Positions 28,309 through 37,158 of a stretch of 64,000 nucleotides of DNA are shown in pieces (the stretch's first letter is position 1; every line of letters starts with the position of its first letter). Both the position numbers and the translations under genes were made by a program. The stretch covers positions 640,001 through 704,000 of the forward strand of contig CAWCKJ010000003.1 of NCBI GenBank assembly GCA_963796105.1, written 5' to 3'. The stretch is from a candidate division FCPU426 bacterium. GTDB taxonomy: Bacteria > Oederibacteriota > Muellerivitia > Muellerivitales > Muellerivitaceae. The notes beneath the pieces were generated by a model. That model saw only the letters and a program-made list of their open reading frames with translations. It did no database searches and was not told the DNA's origin.

Positions 28309-30828
28309 ATGAATGAAAAGGATCGTGAAATGGGAAACATTCGATACGCCGTTTTGGCCGCCCTGGTCTTTATCCCCGGCATACTCGCGTCAGCGGATAC
28401 CCTTCCTGACCCGGCGGAAAACCGGGTTGAAGCCATCCTGAAAAAAATGACCCTGGAAGAGAAGATCGATTACATCGGGGGATTCAATTCCTTTTATGTC
28501 CGGGCGGTTCCCCGCCTGAAACTGCCCGCCTTGAAGATGTCCGACGGGCCGATCGGGGTTCGCAATTACGGGCCATCCACGGCCTATGCCGCCGGGATCG
28601 CCCTGGCGGCGTCCTGGGACACGGAACTGGCCGGGCGCGTGGGCGGGATGATCGGCCATGAGGCCCGGGCGCGGGGGGTTCATTTCATGCTGGGCCCCGG
28701 CGTGAACATCTACCGCGCCCCCATGTGCGGGCGCAATTTCGAGTACTTCGGCGAGGACCCCTTTCTCGCCTCCCGCATGGTTGTCTCTTACGTGAGGGGA
28801 ATGCAGGAACAGGGCGTGAGCGCCACGGTCAAGCACTTCATGGGAAACAACTCCGAATATGACCGCCATAACACGAGTTCCGATATGGACGAGCGCACGA
28901 TGCGGGAGATCTACCTTCCCACCTTCGAGGCCGCCGTGAAGGAGGCAAAAGTGGGGGCGATCATGGACTCCTACAACCTAGTGAACGGCGTCCACTCCAC
29001 CCAGAACGATTTCCTCAACAACCAGTTGGCCAAGAAGGAATGGGGGTTCGACGGCGTCATCATGTCCGATTGGGACGCGACCTACGACGGGGTGGCCGCG
29101 GCCAACGCAGGCCTGGACTTGGAAATGCCGTCGGGCAAGTTCATGAACCGGGACACGCTGATTCCGGCGGTCAAGGAAGGTAAGGTTTCGGAGGAGACAA
29201 TTAACGACAAAGTGAGGCGGATCCTGCGCACGGCGGTTCGTTTCGGCTGGCTTGACCGCGACCAAACCGACCACGCCTTCCCCCTCTTCAATGAGAAGGG
29301 GCGCAAGCTGGCGCTCGAGACGGCCCAATCCAGCATGGTCCTCCTGAAAAACCAGGGCAATCTACTGCCATTGGACAAAGGGAAAGTCAAAACGCTGGCG
29401 GTGATCGGTCCCGACGCCTACCCTGCAGTGCCGGTGGGCGGGGGAAGCGCGAAGGTCCAGCCTTTCCAGTCGGTGAGCTACTTGGAGGGTTTAAGCCAGT
29501 ACCTTTCCGGAACCGCGGTGGTTTATTACAACCGAGGGCTCATGCCCATGGGCGAGATTTACGATTTGACGGAATTCGCGGCAGACGCCAAGGACGAAGA
29601 ATCGGGTCTCAAGGGAGAATACTTCAACAATGCCGACTTGAGCGGGGATGCAGCCCTCACCCGCAACGACCCCCATGTCAATTTCACTTGGGACCGCCCG
29701 AACAACTGGCCCACCGGCAGTACCGCGCATGATTTCTCGGCCCGCTGGACCGGCTATTACTTCCCTTCCACGGACGGCCCCTACCGCTTCGCTGTTTCCA
29801 CCTATGGCCTGGACGAGTACCGCCTCTATATCAACGGCAAGCTTTTCGAGGACCGCAAAGACCAAAAACAGCCCATTTCGCTGAAGGAGATGGAACTCAA
29901 GGCCGGCAAGGCCTACGCCCTGCGCCTGGAGTATGTCCATCGGGACCACCATGCCAGGCTTAGTTTTGGCATCCGGCGGGCCGACTTGTTCTTCGACCCG
30001 GAGGCGAAGGAGCTGGTGTCGCGCGCGGACGCCGCGGTGGTCCTGGCGGGTTTTGACCCCAACATCGAGGGCGAGGGTTTCGACCGGACGTTCCAACTCC
30101 CCGAGGGCCAGGACGCGCTCATCAACGCGGTCTTGGACGCCAACAAGAACACGGCGGTCGTGATCACATCAGGCGGCGCGGTGGACATGAAAAAGTGGGT
30201 GGACCGGGCGCCGGCGGTGCTGGAAGCCTGGTACGCGGGACAAGAAGGAGGCACGGCTTTGGCCCATATTCTTTTTGGGGACGTCAACCCCTCAGGCAAG
30301 CTTCCCGCGACCTTCGAGCGCAGTTGGGAGGACAGCGCGGTCCACGACAGTTATTACGCTGATTCCAAAAAGCATGTCCGCTATTCCGAAAGCATATTCC
30401 TTGGCTACCGGCATTTCGACAAGGCCGGCGTGAAGCCGCTTTTCCCCTTCGGTTTCGGTCTGTCCTACACCACATTCAAATACGGGGGCCTGTCCATCAC
30501 GCCCGATGCGGCCCAGGGAGACGACCCTGTCACGGTCTCGTTCAACGTGACCAACACGGGCGGGCGCGAGGGGGCGGAGGTTACGGAGCTTTATGTCGGC
30601 GACAGCCACGCGAAAGTGCCGCGCCCCGCGAAGGAACTCAAAGCGTTCGCCAAGGTGGACTTACAACCGGGCGAGACGAAGGGGGTGACTGTGAGCCTTG
30701 ACCGCCGGTCATTTTCCTATTTCGACGAGAAATCTAAGCAATGGAAGGCCGACCCGGGAGCCTTCAATATATTGGTAGGTTCCTCTTCGCGAAATATCGA
30801 GCTGACGGGCAAGCTGGAATTGCGCTGA
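28309..30828 (+). CDS. Secreted GH3 beta-glucosidase with PA14 insertion and Fn3-like C-terminus
   Basis: MSDGPIG, GRNFEYFGEDP, VKHF, IMSDW (nucleophile), LKGEYFNN...FSARWTG (PA14), FPFGFGLSYT, KELKAF. Confidence 0.93.
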   Translation: MNEKDREMGNIRYAVLAALVFIPGILASADTLPDPAENRVEAILKKMTLEEKIDYIGGFNSFYVRAVPRLKLPALKMSDGPIGVRNYGPSTAYAAGIALAASWDTELAGRVGGMIGHEARARGVHFMLGPGVNIYRAPMCGRNFEYFGEDPFLASRMVVSYVRGMQEQGVSATVKHFMGNNSEYDRHNTSSDMDERTMREIYLPTFEAAVKEAKVGAIMDSYNLVNGVHSTQNDFLNNQLAKKEWGFDGVIMSDWDATYDGVAAANAGLDLEMPSGKFMNRDTLIPAVKEGKVSEETINDKVRRILRTAVRFGWLDRDQTDHAFPLFNEKGRKLALETAQSSMVLLKNQGNLLPLDKGKVKTLAVIGPDAYPAVPVGGGSAKVQPFQSVSYLEGLSQYLSGTAVVYYNRGLMPMGEIYDLTEFAADAKDEESGLKGEYFNNADLSGDAALTRNDPHVNFTWDRPNNWPTGSTAHDFSARWTGYYFPSTDGPYRFAVSTYGLDEYRLYINGKLFEDRKDQKQPISLKEMELKAGKAYALRLEYVHRDHHARLSFGIRRADLFFDPEAKELVSRADAAVVLAGFDPNIEGEGFDRTFQLPEGQDALINAVLDANKNTAVVITSGGAVDMKKWVDRAPAVLEAWYAGQEGGTALAHILFGDVNPSGKLPATFERSWEDSAVHDSYYADSKKHVRYSESIFLGYRHFDKAGVKPLFPFGFGLSYTTFKYGGLSITPDAAQGDDPVTVSFNVTNTGGREGAEVTELYVGDSHAKVPRPAKELKAFAKVDLQPGETKGVTVSLDRRSFSYFDEKSKQWKADPGAFNILVGSSSRNIELTGKLELR

Positions 30829-30891
30829 AAGATTCGAAGGCCCCACAATCTATTGGTAATAGGAAGGAATAAATCAGGTGCTAGTGCCTTA

Positions 30892-31974
30892 ATGCGCTTG
30901 AACCACAAATCCATTACCCTTTCCCTGGGAACTTTTTTGTTTTTCCCAACCGGTTTTCTGGCCGCACAGACGGTTCCAGTTCCCACATCAATGCCTTCCG
31001 CGATATCAACGAAAATTCCCGTTCCACCCCAAGCCGGAGATTTTCACCCCACCCACACGCCCACCCCCGGAAAAGTCAGGCTGGCTTTCGGGGGGGATAT
31101 CAACCTGGCCCGTCTTGTTGGAAAACTGATTAAACAAAATGGAAAGAACTGGCCCTTTGAGAAGGTCAAACCCCTATTGGACCAGGCCGACCTGGTAGTC
31201 GCCAACCTGGAATCGCCCGTGGGGAAAGGGGGAAAGGCTTATACCAAGAAGGAGGTCTATCTGAAGGGCAGTGTGGATTCGCTGGACGCCCTTTCCTATG
31301 CCGGTATCGGTCTGATGACGGTTTCCAACAACCACATCCTTGATTATGGACCTGGAGTGGCTCGTCAGACCCTTCGGGGCCTTTCCGATCGGGGCATCGA
31401 ATCCGTGGGCTGGCTGGAAAAAGCGGATGGGACTGATCCCACCGTTTACTTGACCATCAACGGCGTGAAACTGGCCTTTCTGGCTTTTTGCGGGGTTTGC
31501 CCGGGAACATTCGACGCGAAAAGGGGAAAAGCCGGCATCGAGAGCACCACCCACACTGAAATCATCCCCAGAGTCCAGGAGGCCCGGAAAAACGCGGATT
31601 TCGTGGTGGTGCTGGTCCATTGGGGATGGGAATACGGGGATGTCGGACCGATCCAAAAAAAGAAGGCCCGCGTCCTGTGCGATGCCGGGGCCGACCTGGT
31701 CGTGGGGTGCCACCCCCACGTTCTACAAAAAATCAGGAGGATTAAAAAGGGACTGGTGGCTTACAGCCTGGGGAACTTTCTTTTCGACCTGCGCCGCAAG
31801 GAAACCTTGAATAGCTGTGTTTTAATGGTGGATCTTGAAAAGGGAAAGGCCCCCGCCTGGACAGCCTATCCCTTGAGTTTGGAATCCGGCAGGCCAGAAC
31901 CCATCCCCCAGGATGATCCCAGGTTCGAAAAGATCCAGCAGATCCTGGCTTCCCCCAAAACCAATCAAAAATAA
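30892..31974 (+). CDS. CapA/PgsA-family metallophosphatase-fold protein
   Basis: GDINL, ANLE, NNHILDYG, VHWGWEY, GCHPHV, YSLGNFLF; start uncertain. Confidence 0.88.
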   Translation: MRLNHKSITLSLGTFLFFPTGFLAAQTVPVPTSMPSAISTKIPVPPQAGDFHPTHTPTPGKVRLAFGGDINLARLVGKLIKQNGKNWPFEKVKPLLDQADLVVANLESPVGKGGKAYTKKEVYLKGSVDSLDALSYAGIGLMTVSNNHILDYGPGVARQTLRGLSDRGIESVGWLEKADGTDPTVYLTINGVKLAFLAFCGVCPGTFDAKRGKAGIESTTHTEIIPRVQEARKNADFVVVLVHWGWEYGDVGPIQKKKARVLCDAGADLVVGCHPHVLQKIRRIKKGLVAYSLGNFLFDLRRKETLNSCVLMVDLEKGKAPAWTAYPLSLESGRPEPIPQDDPRFEKIQQILASPKTNQK

Positions 31975-32002
31975 ATTCGAGACACTAACTAAACCTCTTT
32001 TT

Positions 32003-32161
32003 ACCACAGGGACCCATGCCGAACCTCAATGAAGATTTCATTGAAAGTTCGGCATAGCACCGATTTCCTTAACTGATTTATGGAAAACCGGCGCAGAGCC
32101 TCAGCTAAGATAATTCTTTAAATAATATGTTCTTTTGGCTGGGTCTCTGAGTCTCTGGGGT
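32003..32161. repeat. Inverted-repeat element (8-bp CAGAGAC-type sub-repeats) carrying a nested MITE
   Basis: Restored left arm ACCACAGGGACCCAGAGCCTCAGC versus right arm reverse complement ACCCCAGAGACTCAGAGACCCAGC (19/24). Confidence 0.65.
32017..32093. mobile_element. 77-bp double-hairpin MITE, copy 2, CA duplication
   Basis: CA|TGCCGAAC...AACCGGCG|CA; ATGCCGAAC/GTTCGGCAT stem plus a second hairpin resembling that of 17538-17612. Confidence 0.75.
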
Positions 32162-32297
32162 GAATTCAAGAATTTTGTTAGAGTTTCTTAGTCTTTTACC
32201 ATCAGGGTTTTCACACTATCCTTTCAATTCCCTATTATGAAAAACCTCTCAAATAGTTTTTGAAGCCTCTTCTTTTTACACGGTGTAAAATAAGCCC

Positions 32298-33725
32298 ATG
32301 CGTTTAACCAAAAGCTGGTTCCCGCTCTTTCCTATCCTGGGCCTTTTGGCTTCGGGCTGTGCCACATCCGGTTCATCCTTGATGGTCCCGATTAGGCCCG
32401 CGCCTATCCACACCCTGAAATCCCCCCCTCCCGCCCGGCTCCTCATTCCCCTGGTGGTAAAGATCCCCAAATTGACTGACGTGGAAAAACACCTGGCTGA
32501 ATTCGCAAAGAAAGATTTGGCCAAGGCCGAGACATCCCTGACCAAAAGCCTGGGAACCACCGTTTGGTGGGATCCCTTGGATTGGGAATTCAAGGGCAAC
32601 AGCCTGACCGCCCACATGCACTTCCACTTCAAGAGACCCGCCGGATCGAAGAGCCTGGCCAAGGAAGCCGAAACCCTCGCCAAGGATGTCGAAAAGGACG
32701 CCAAGGTGGATCTGGCCTCGGCCCTCCACTGGAGCGAAGACTGGCACCTGGAAGCGCCCAATTTCAAGGAAACTCCAGGGGAGGAAAAACCCGGGACCGC
32801 GGCCGCCCCGGAGACTGGCAAAGAAACGGACGTCCGCAAGGGCGAGAAAATCCTCCGCAAGGGGACTTCCAAGTATCACGAAATGTTGAAAGACGCCTCG
32901 AATTTCAAGGAAAAAGCCAAGGAACTTTTCGACAAGATCCAGGAACCCATCAAGATGGCCAAGGACCTCTGGCTCCAGATCAAAACAGACCGGGTGAGCG
33001 TGGGCTCCTTCCGGCTGATTCCTGACGTCCGTTCCCCCCGCCTGGAAACGGTCTTCGAGGTCATCGCCCAGCCCTATGTCGTCATCGGGGATAAACCCCG
33101 CCCCTTGAGGAGCGAATTGCCTCCCATCAAGGAATACCAGCCGGGTCCCGAGGGCTTCCATATCGAAACCAACCTGAAGATCAGCTTCAACGAGGTCAAC
33201 AAGCTCCTGATCGACCCCAAAACCGGCATCCTGAACCGGGCCCTTCCGGGGGGCGGCAACCACCACCTCAAGATCACCTCCATCCGCGTTTATGGTTCCG
33301 GGGGCCGACTCGTGGTGGAGGCCCAGGTGCAGTACGCCCCCGTCATCAATCTCGGGGGCAAACCCGCCGAATTGACCATCTATCTCCTGGGGACGCCCAC
33401 ATTCCACGAGAAGAAACAGGTCATCGACTTTCCCGACATGGATTTTGACATCAAGACCAGCGACTTCCTGGTGCAAATGGCCGCGTTCATCGCGGGTTCC
33501 GGAATAAGGGAGGAATTGCGCAAAAAAGCGGTGATCCCCGTCGGGAAAAACCTGGGGGAATTAAAGACCCAATTGACCCAAATGCTCAACCGGCCCCTGG
33601 GGCGCTTCGCCAGGCTCCGAACCAAGGTCACATCGCTCAAAATGGTGGAAGCCTTTGTCAGCGACTACGGCCTAGAAGGAAGGATTGCGTTGGATGGCGA
33701 CGCGGCGGTGGACCTGAACTGGTAA
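32298..33725 (+). CDS. Lipoprotein, DUF4403-like
   Basis: Lipobox LLASGC; IQEPI...LWLQIK, IRVYGSGGRLVV, IYLLGTP...DMDFDIKT resemble DUF4403. Confidence 0.65.
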   Translation: MRLTKSWFPLFPILGLLASGCATSGSSLMVPIRPAPIHTLKSPPPARLLIPLVVKIPKLTDVEKHLAEFAKKDLAKAETSLTKSLGTTVWWDPLDWEFKGNSLTAHMHFHFKRPAGSKSLAKEAETLAKDVEKDAKVDLASALHWSEDWHLEAPNFKETPGEEKPGTAAAPETGKETDVRKGEKILRKGTSKYHEMLKDASNFKEKAKELFDKIQEPIKMAKDLWLQIKTDRVSVGSFRLIPDVRSPRLETVFEVIAQPYVVIGDKPRPLRSELPPIKEYQPGPEGFHIETNLKISFNEVNKLLIDPKTGILNRALPGGGNHHLKITSIRVYGSGGRLVVEAQVQYAPVINLGGKPAELTIYLLGTPTFHEKKQVIDFPDMDFDIKTSDFLVQMAAFIAGSGIREELRKKAVIPVGKNLGELKTQLTQMLNRPLGRFARLRTKVTSLKMVEAFVSDYGLEGRIALDGDAAVDLNW

Positions 33726-33831
33726 ATAATATTGAGGATGATCACAGCCCAAATCAGCGGGCTATTTTAAGATCAGTAGACGGATGAGAACCTGATTTTC
33801 CAAATTTGTTCAACTCTCGAAAAAAATCGGT

Positions 33832-34734
33832 TTAGGACCCTAGATCCACTAGGAATTTACCGGAGCCTTTGGTTACGCCGTTCACCTGGATGAGATAATA
33901 ATAAACACCCGATGCCACTAAATTGCCATATCGGTTTCGTCCATCCCATAAAGCGACACCGTTATTCCCTTGGACCACCTGCACCAATTCCCCGGATAAG
34001 GTGAAAAAGGACGCGGTGGCGCCGGTCGGCACGCAATTAACCTTTAAATATCCCCCCACCGCCCATTTGGGATTGAAGGGATCCGGCCAAACATGAATGT
34101 TACAGACAGGAGTAAAAGTCGGTGTGATCGTAGGGGTCAAGGTTATGGTCGGAGTATTGGTAATGGTATTGGTGACTGTGGGTGTTGGTGTCAGGGTAAC
34201 GGTGGGCGTGATGGTAGGTGTCGGGGAGATCGTGGGGGTATCCGTTACGCAGTTGACGGTTAAAGTGATATAACTGCCGAAACTCGTTCCTGGTCCGCTA
34301 GGAACGGTATAGTACATGGTTGAATTAAGCACAAATGTGTTACTGAAACAATCTGTGACCTTCATGACCAACGTAACGTTACCTGACGCGCCAAGAGGCA
34401 GGTCCCCCAAAGTCCAAACCACCTGGCCGGATTCCAGGGTGCAAGATTGCCCCCCCGAGCAGGAAATAAAGGTCAGGTCGGGCGGAATCGCGGTCACAAA
34501 CGTCGTCTGGCTATCCGTATATCCATCAGGATTGGCATTGAGGTACCCGGGGCCGTATATCACGATATCGCCAATATTGTATTGAGCTTGGGCGCTTGAA
34601 AACCCCAGGAACAGGAAAAACACGGTCATCCAAAACATTTTCCACGGCCAGCCCGAATTGGTTTCCGCGGTTGATTGGTTTTTAATCACTTGTTTGTCCA
34701 AATTCCGAGAATATTCTCTTTTAAAAACCAGCAT
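33832..34734 (-). CDS. Secreted DUF11-like Ig domain + Thr/Pro linker + FlgD-Ig/T9SS-like C-terminal domain
   Basis: IPPDLTFISCS...VVWTLGDLPLGASGNVTLVMKV; TPTITPT linker; VWPDPFNP...FTLSGELV...WDGRN...ASGVYYYLI. Confidence 0.75.
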   Translation of the reverse strand: MLVFKREYSRNLDKQVIKNQSTAETNSGWPWKMFWMTVFFLFLGFSSAQAQYNIGDIVIYGPGYLNANPDGYTDSQTTFVTAIPPDLTFISCSGGQSCTLESGQVVWTLGDLPLGASGNVTLVMKVTDCFSNTFVLNSTMYYTVPSGPGTSFGSYITLTVNCVTDTPTISPTPTITPTVTLTPTPTVTNTITNTPTITLTPTITPTFTPVCNIHVWPDPFNPKWAVGGYLKVNCVPTGATASFFTLSGELVQVVQGNNGVALWDGRNRYGNLVASGVYYYLIQVNGVTKGSGKFLVDLGS

Positions 34735-34885
34735 TAAATGGATTTTTCACCATTAGTCGGGTGAAAAGAAACTTTTAATCATTACGCACTAAGGGAGTTT
34801 AGCACGAAATATTCGCATTGACGATTCCACGCTAATTAAATTCAGGGACAATCCAGCCAACACACATTAATGACAGAGGTATTAT

Positions 34886-35860
34886 TTATGGCTTGAAATA
34901 TTTCGCGGCTTCCTTGGCCCAATAGGTAATGATTCGATCCGCCCCCGCCCGTTTGATGGCCATAAGGCTTTCGGCCATGGCTCCCTCCAAATCCAGCCAT
35001 TTTAACTTCCCAGCGGCCTGAATCATGGAATATTCCCCGGAGACGTGGTAGGCCCAGAGGGGAACCGGGAATTTCATCCGGGCCTTCGCGATGATATCCA
35101 GAGCCGTCAAGGCGGGCTTGACCATGACCACGTCCGCCCCCTCCTCTATATCCATCTGGATCTCTCGCAAGGCCTCGCGCGCGTTGGAAGCCGGCATCTG
35201 GTAGGTTTTGCGGTCTCCAAAGGCCGGGGTGGAACCCGCGGCTTCCCGGAACGGTCCGTAGAATTGGGACGAAAACTTGGCCGCGTAACTCAACAACAGG
35301 GTGTTTTCCTGTTTGTTCTTTTCCAGCACCTTCCTGATAAATCCTACGCGTCCATCCATCATGTCCGAAGGCGCCACAATATCCGCACCCGCTTGAGCAT
35401 GGGATAGTGCGATCTTGCCCAGCAGGACCAGGGTCGGGTCGTTCTGGACTTCGCCCTTGGAAATAATCCCGCAATGGCCATGGGAGGTGTATTCGCAGGC
35501 GCAGACATCGGTGATTACCACCAGAGAGGGAATTTCCTTTTTTAAAACCCGGACCGCTTTCTGGATGATTCCATTGGAGTTATAGGCTTCCTTTGCCGAC
35601 GGATCTTTCTTTATGGGGATACCGAATAATAGAACCGCCGGGATTCCAAGGGCATGGGCCGAGGCCGCTTCCCTCACGAGGGAGGATAGGGAGCGTCTGA
35701 ATACCCCCGGCATGGAGGAAATCGCCTCAGGGGATTTTAAGCCCTCAGCGACGAACAAAGGCAGGATGAAATCCCGCGCTCCCAGCATAGTTTCTTCAAA
35801 CAGGCCGCGAAGAGCCTTGGTTCTTCTTAACCGCCTCATTCGTTGGATTGGGAAAGCCAT
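34886..35860 (-). CDS. hemB: Porphobilinogen synthase (delta-aminolevulinate dehydratase)
   Basis: DVCACEYTSHGHCG, APSDMMDGR, FYGPFREA, VMVKPA, AYHVSGEY. Confidence 0.97.
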   Translation of the reverse strand: MAFPIQRMRRLRRTKALRGLFEETMLGARDFILPLFVAEGLKSPEAISSMPGVFRRSLSSLVREAASAHALGIPAVLLFGIPIKKDPSAKEAYNSNGIIQKAVRVLKKEIPSLVVITDVCACEYTSHGHCGIISKGEVQNDPTLVLLGKIALSHAQAGADIVAPSDMMDGRVGFIRKVLEKNKQENTLLLSYAAKFSSQFYGPFREAAGSTPAFGDRKTYQMPASNAREALREIQMDIEEGADVVMVKPALTALDIIAKARMKFPVPLWAYHVSGEYSMIQAAGKLKWLDLEGAMAESLMAIKRAGADRIITYWAKEAAKYFKP

Positions 35861-35910
35861 GTTTTTCCTTTAAAAGCTAAGTCGATTCCAGGTAATTAAC
35901 GGAGATGAAA

Positions 35911-36753
35911 TTATATAACCCTTTGCTTGTATTTTCTTCCCCAAGCCGTAATCGCATTCGCGAATCCGGCAATGGTGTATTTGGCCGGTTTAACAACGAT
36001 TTCCATTCCCCATTTATGAACCGAACTAGCCGTGACTGGTCCGATCACCGCTATAGGAGTATCCTTTAGCCATTTTGCCCTTTGCGCTGATGTAAAAGAA
36101 TTGAAAAAATGATCTAACGCCAACGAAGAGGTGAAGGTAATAAGATCAGCTCCGCCATTTTTCTTAAACAATATCCTGAGTTTGCCAACACTTCCCTTCG
36201 GCATATCGTTTTTATATAAGGTTACGCTGTCAACCCTGGCGCCCTTTTTCTTTAGAAAATCGGAAAGGAGTTCTCTCCCTTCCCGGGCCCTGCAAAGTAA
36301 AAGCCTTTTCCCCCCCAAGGGCACTTTACCGAACTCCTCGGCCAAACCTTCCTGTTGAAAATCCTCGGGAACCAAATCCGGCTTCAAGCCAAAAGACTTC
36401 AGGGTTTTTGCCGTAGCTTCCCCGACGCAGGCAATCCTGGCTTTGCCAAGGGCTTGGATATTTTTTCTGAGTTTTTTCCAATGTCCGATAAATATACGAA
36501 CCCCGTTCGAGCTGTAAAATACCAGCCAATCGAACTCGTCGGCTTTTCTTATGAGTTTTTGCCCAGTTTTCCCCAAAGGAAGCGGGACAATTTCAGATAC
36601 TGGAATTTCAATGACTTTAAATAACTTCCCGTTTAGAAGACCCGTCAACTGCCCCGCTTGAGATTTCGCGCGGGTGACAAGGACCTTCAATTTTGGCCGC
36701 CCCTGAAACCGGTTGCCTTTCCCAGTGATCTGAACAATCTTATTTTTTTCCAT
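35911..36753 (-). CDS. hemD: Uroporphyrinogen-III synthase
   Basis: VLVTRAKSQA, WLVFYSSNGV, ACVGEATA, ITFTSS, VIGPVTA; directly upstream of hemB. Confidence 0.85.
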   Translation of the reverse strand: MEKNKIVQITGKGNRFQGRPKLKVLVTRAKSQAGQLTGLLNGKLFKVIEIPVSEIVPLPLGKTGQKLIRKADEFDWLVFYSSNGVRIFIGHWKKLRKNIQALGKARIACVGEATAKTLKSFGLKPDLVPEDFQQEGLAEEFGKVPLGGKRLLLCRAREGRELLSDFLKKKGARVDSVTLYKNDMPKGSVGKLRILFKKNGGADLITFTSSLALDHFFNSFTSAQRAKWLKDTPIAVIGPVTASSVHKWGMEIVVKPAKYTIAGFANAITAWGRKYKQRVI

Positions 36754-37013
36754 TTAATCCGTCTCATTCAGAATCGAATTTTAAACAACATTGCCAACAT
36801 CATTTCCGGAAACCCCAAAGATTTCATCTTTTAAGATCACGTTAAAAATTACTAGATATGCCATTTTATGGGGTGTTCATTGAAAAACATAGCCGCGTAA
36901 ACATGGTGGCGATTCCATTAATTGCCCTCATGAATATCTAATTTGTAATGAAAAACATTAAATAGTCGTGATATTCACAGACCATCAGAAAGCAGCGCTA
37001 TTTTACGGATCTT

Positions 37014-37027
37014 TGAAACCGTTTTCA
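37014..37027. promoter_or_regulatory. Putative LacI/GalR-type operator upstream of the GH5 gene
   Basis: Imperfect palindrome TGAAACCGTTTTCA with central CG. Confidence 0.4.
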
Positions 37028-37158
37028 GAGTCAACCTTGATTATCAAGTAAAAGTAAAAAATCCTCCCGAAAAGAAACGGAACTGTGAAAAATCGGGTAT
37101 ATTCTTAACAACAAAAAAAGACATTTGAAACAAACAATATTTCGAATTAGGGAACCTC

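Noticed and set aside
30853..31974. Poly-gamma-glutamate capsule locus
   Set aside because: Only a stand-alone CapA-family gene; no capB or capC nearby
32373..33476. 367-aa minus-strand ORF
   Set aside because: Antisense shadow of the DUF4403-like lipoprotein gene
37037..37047. FNR or CRP sites upstream of GH5 (TTGATTATCAA; CGTGATATTCACA at ~36967)
   Set aside because: Half-site spacing is 1 and 3 bp rather than the 4 (FNR) and 6 (CRP) required
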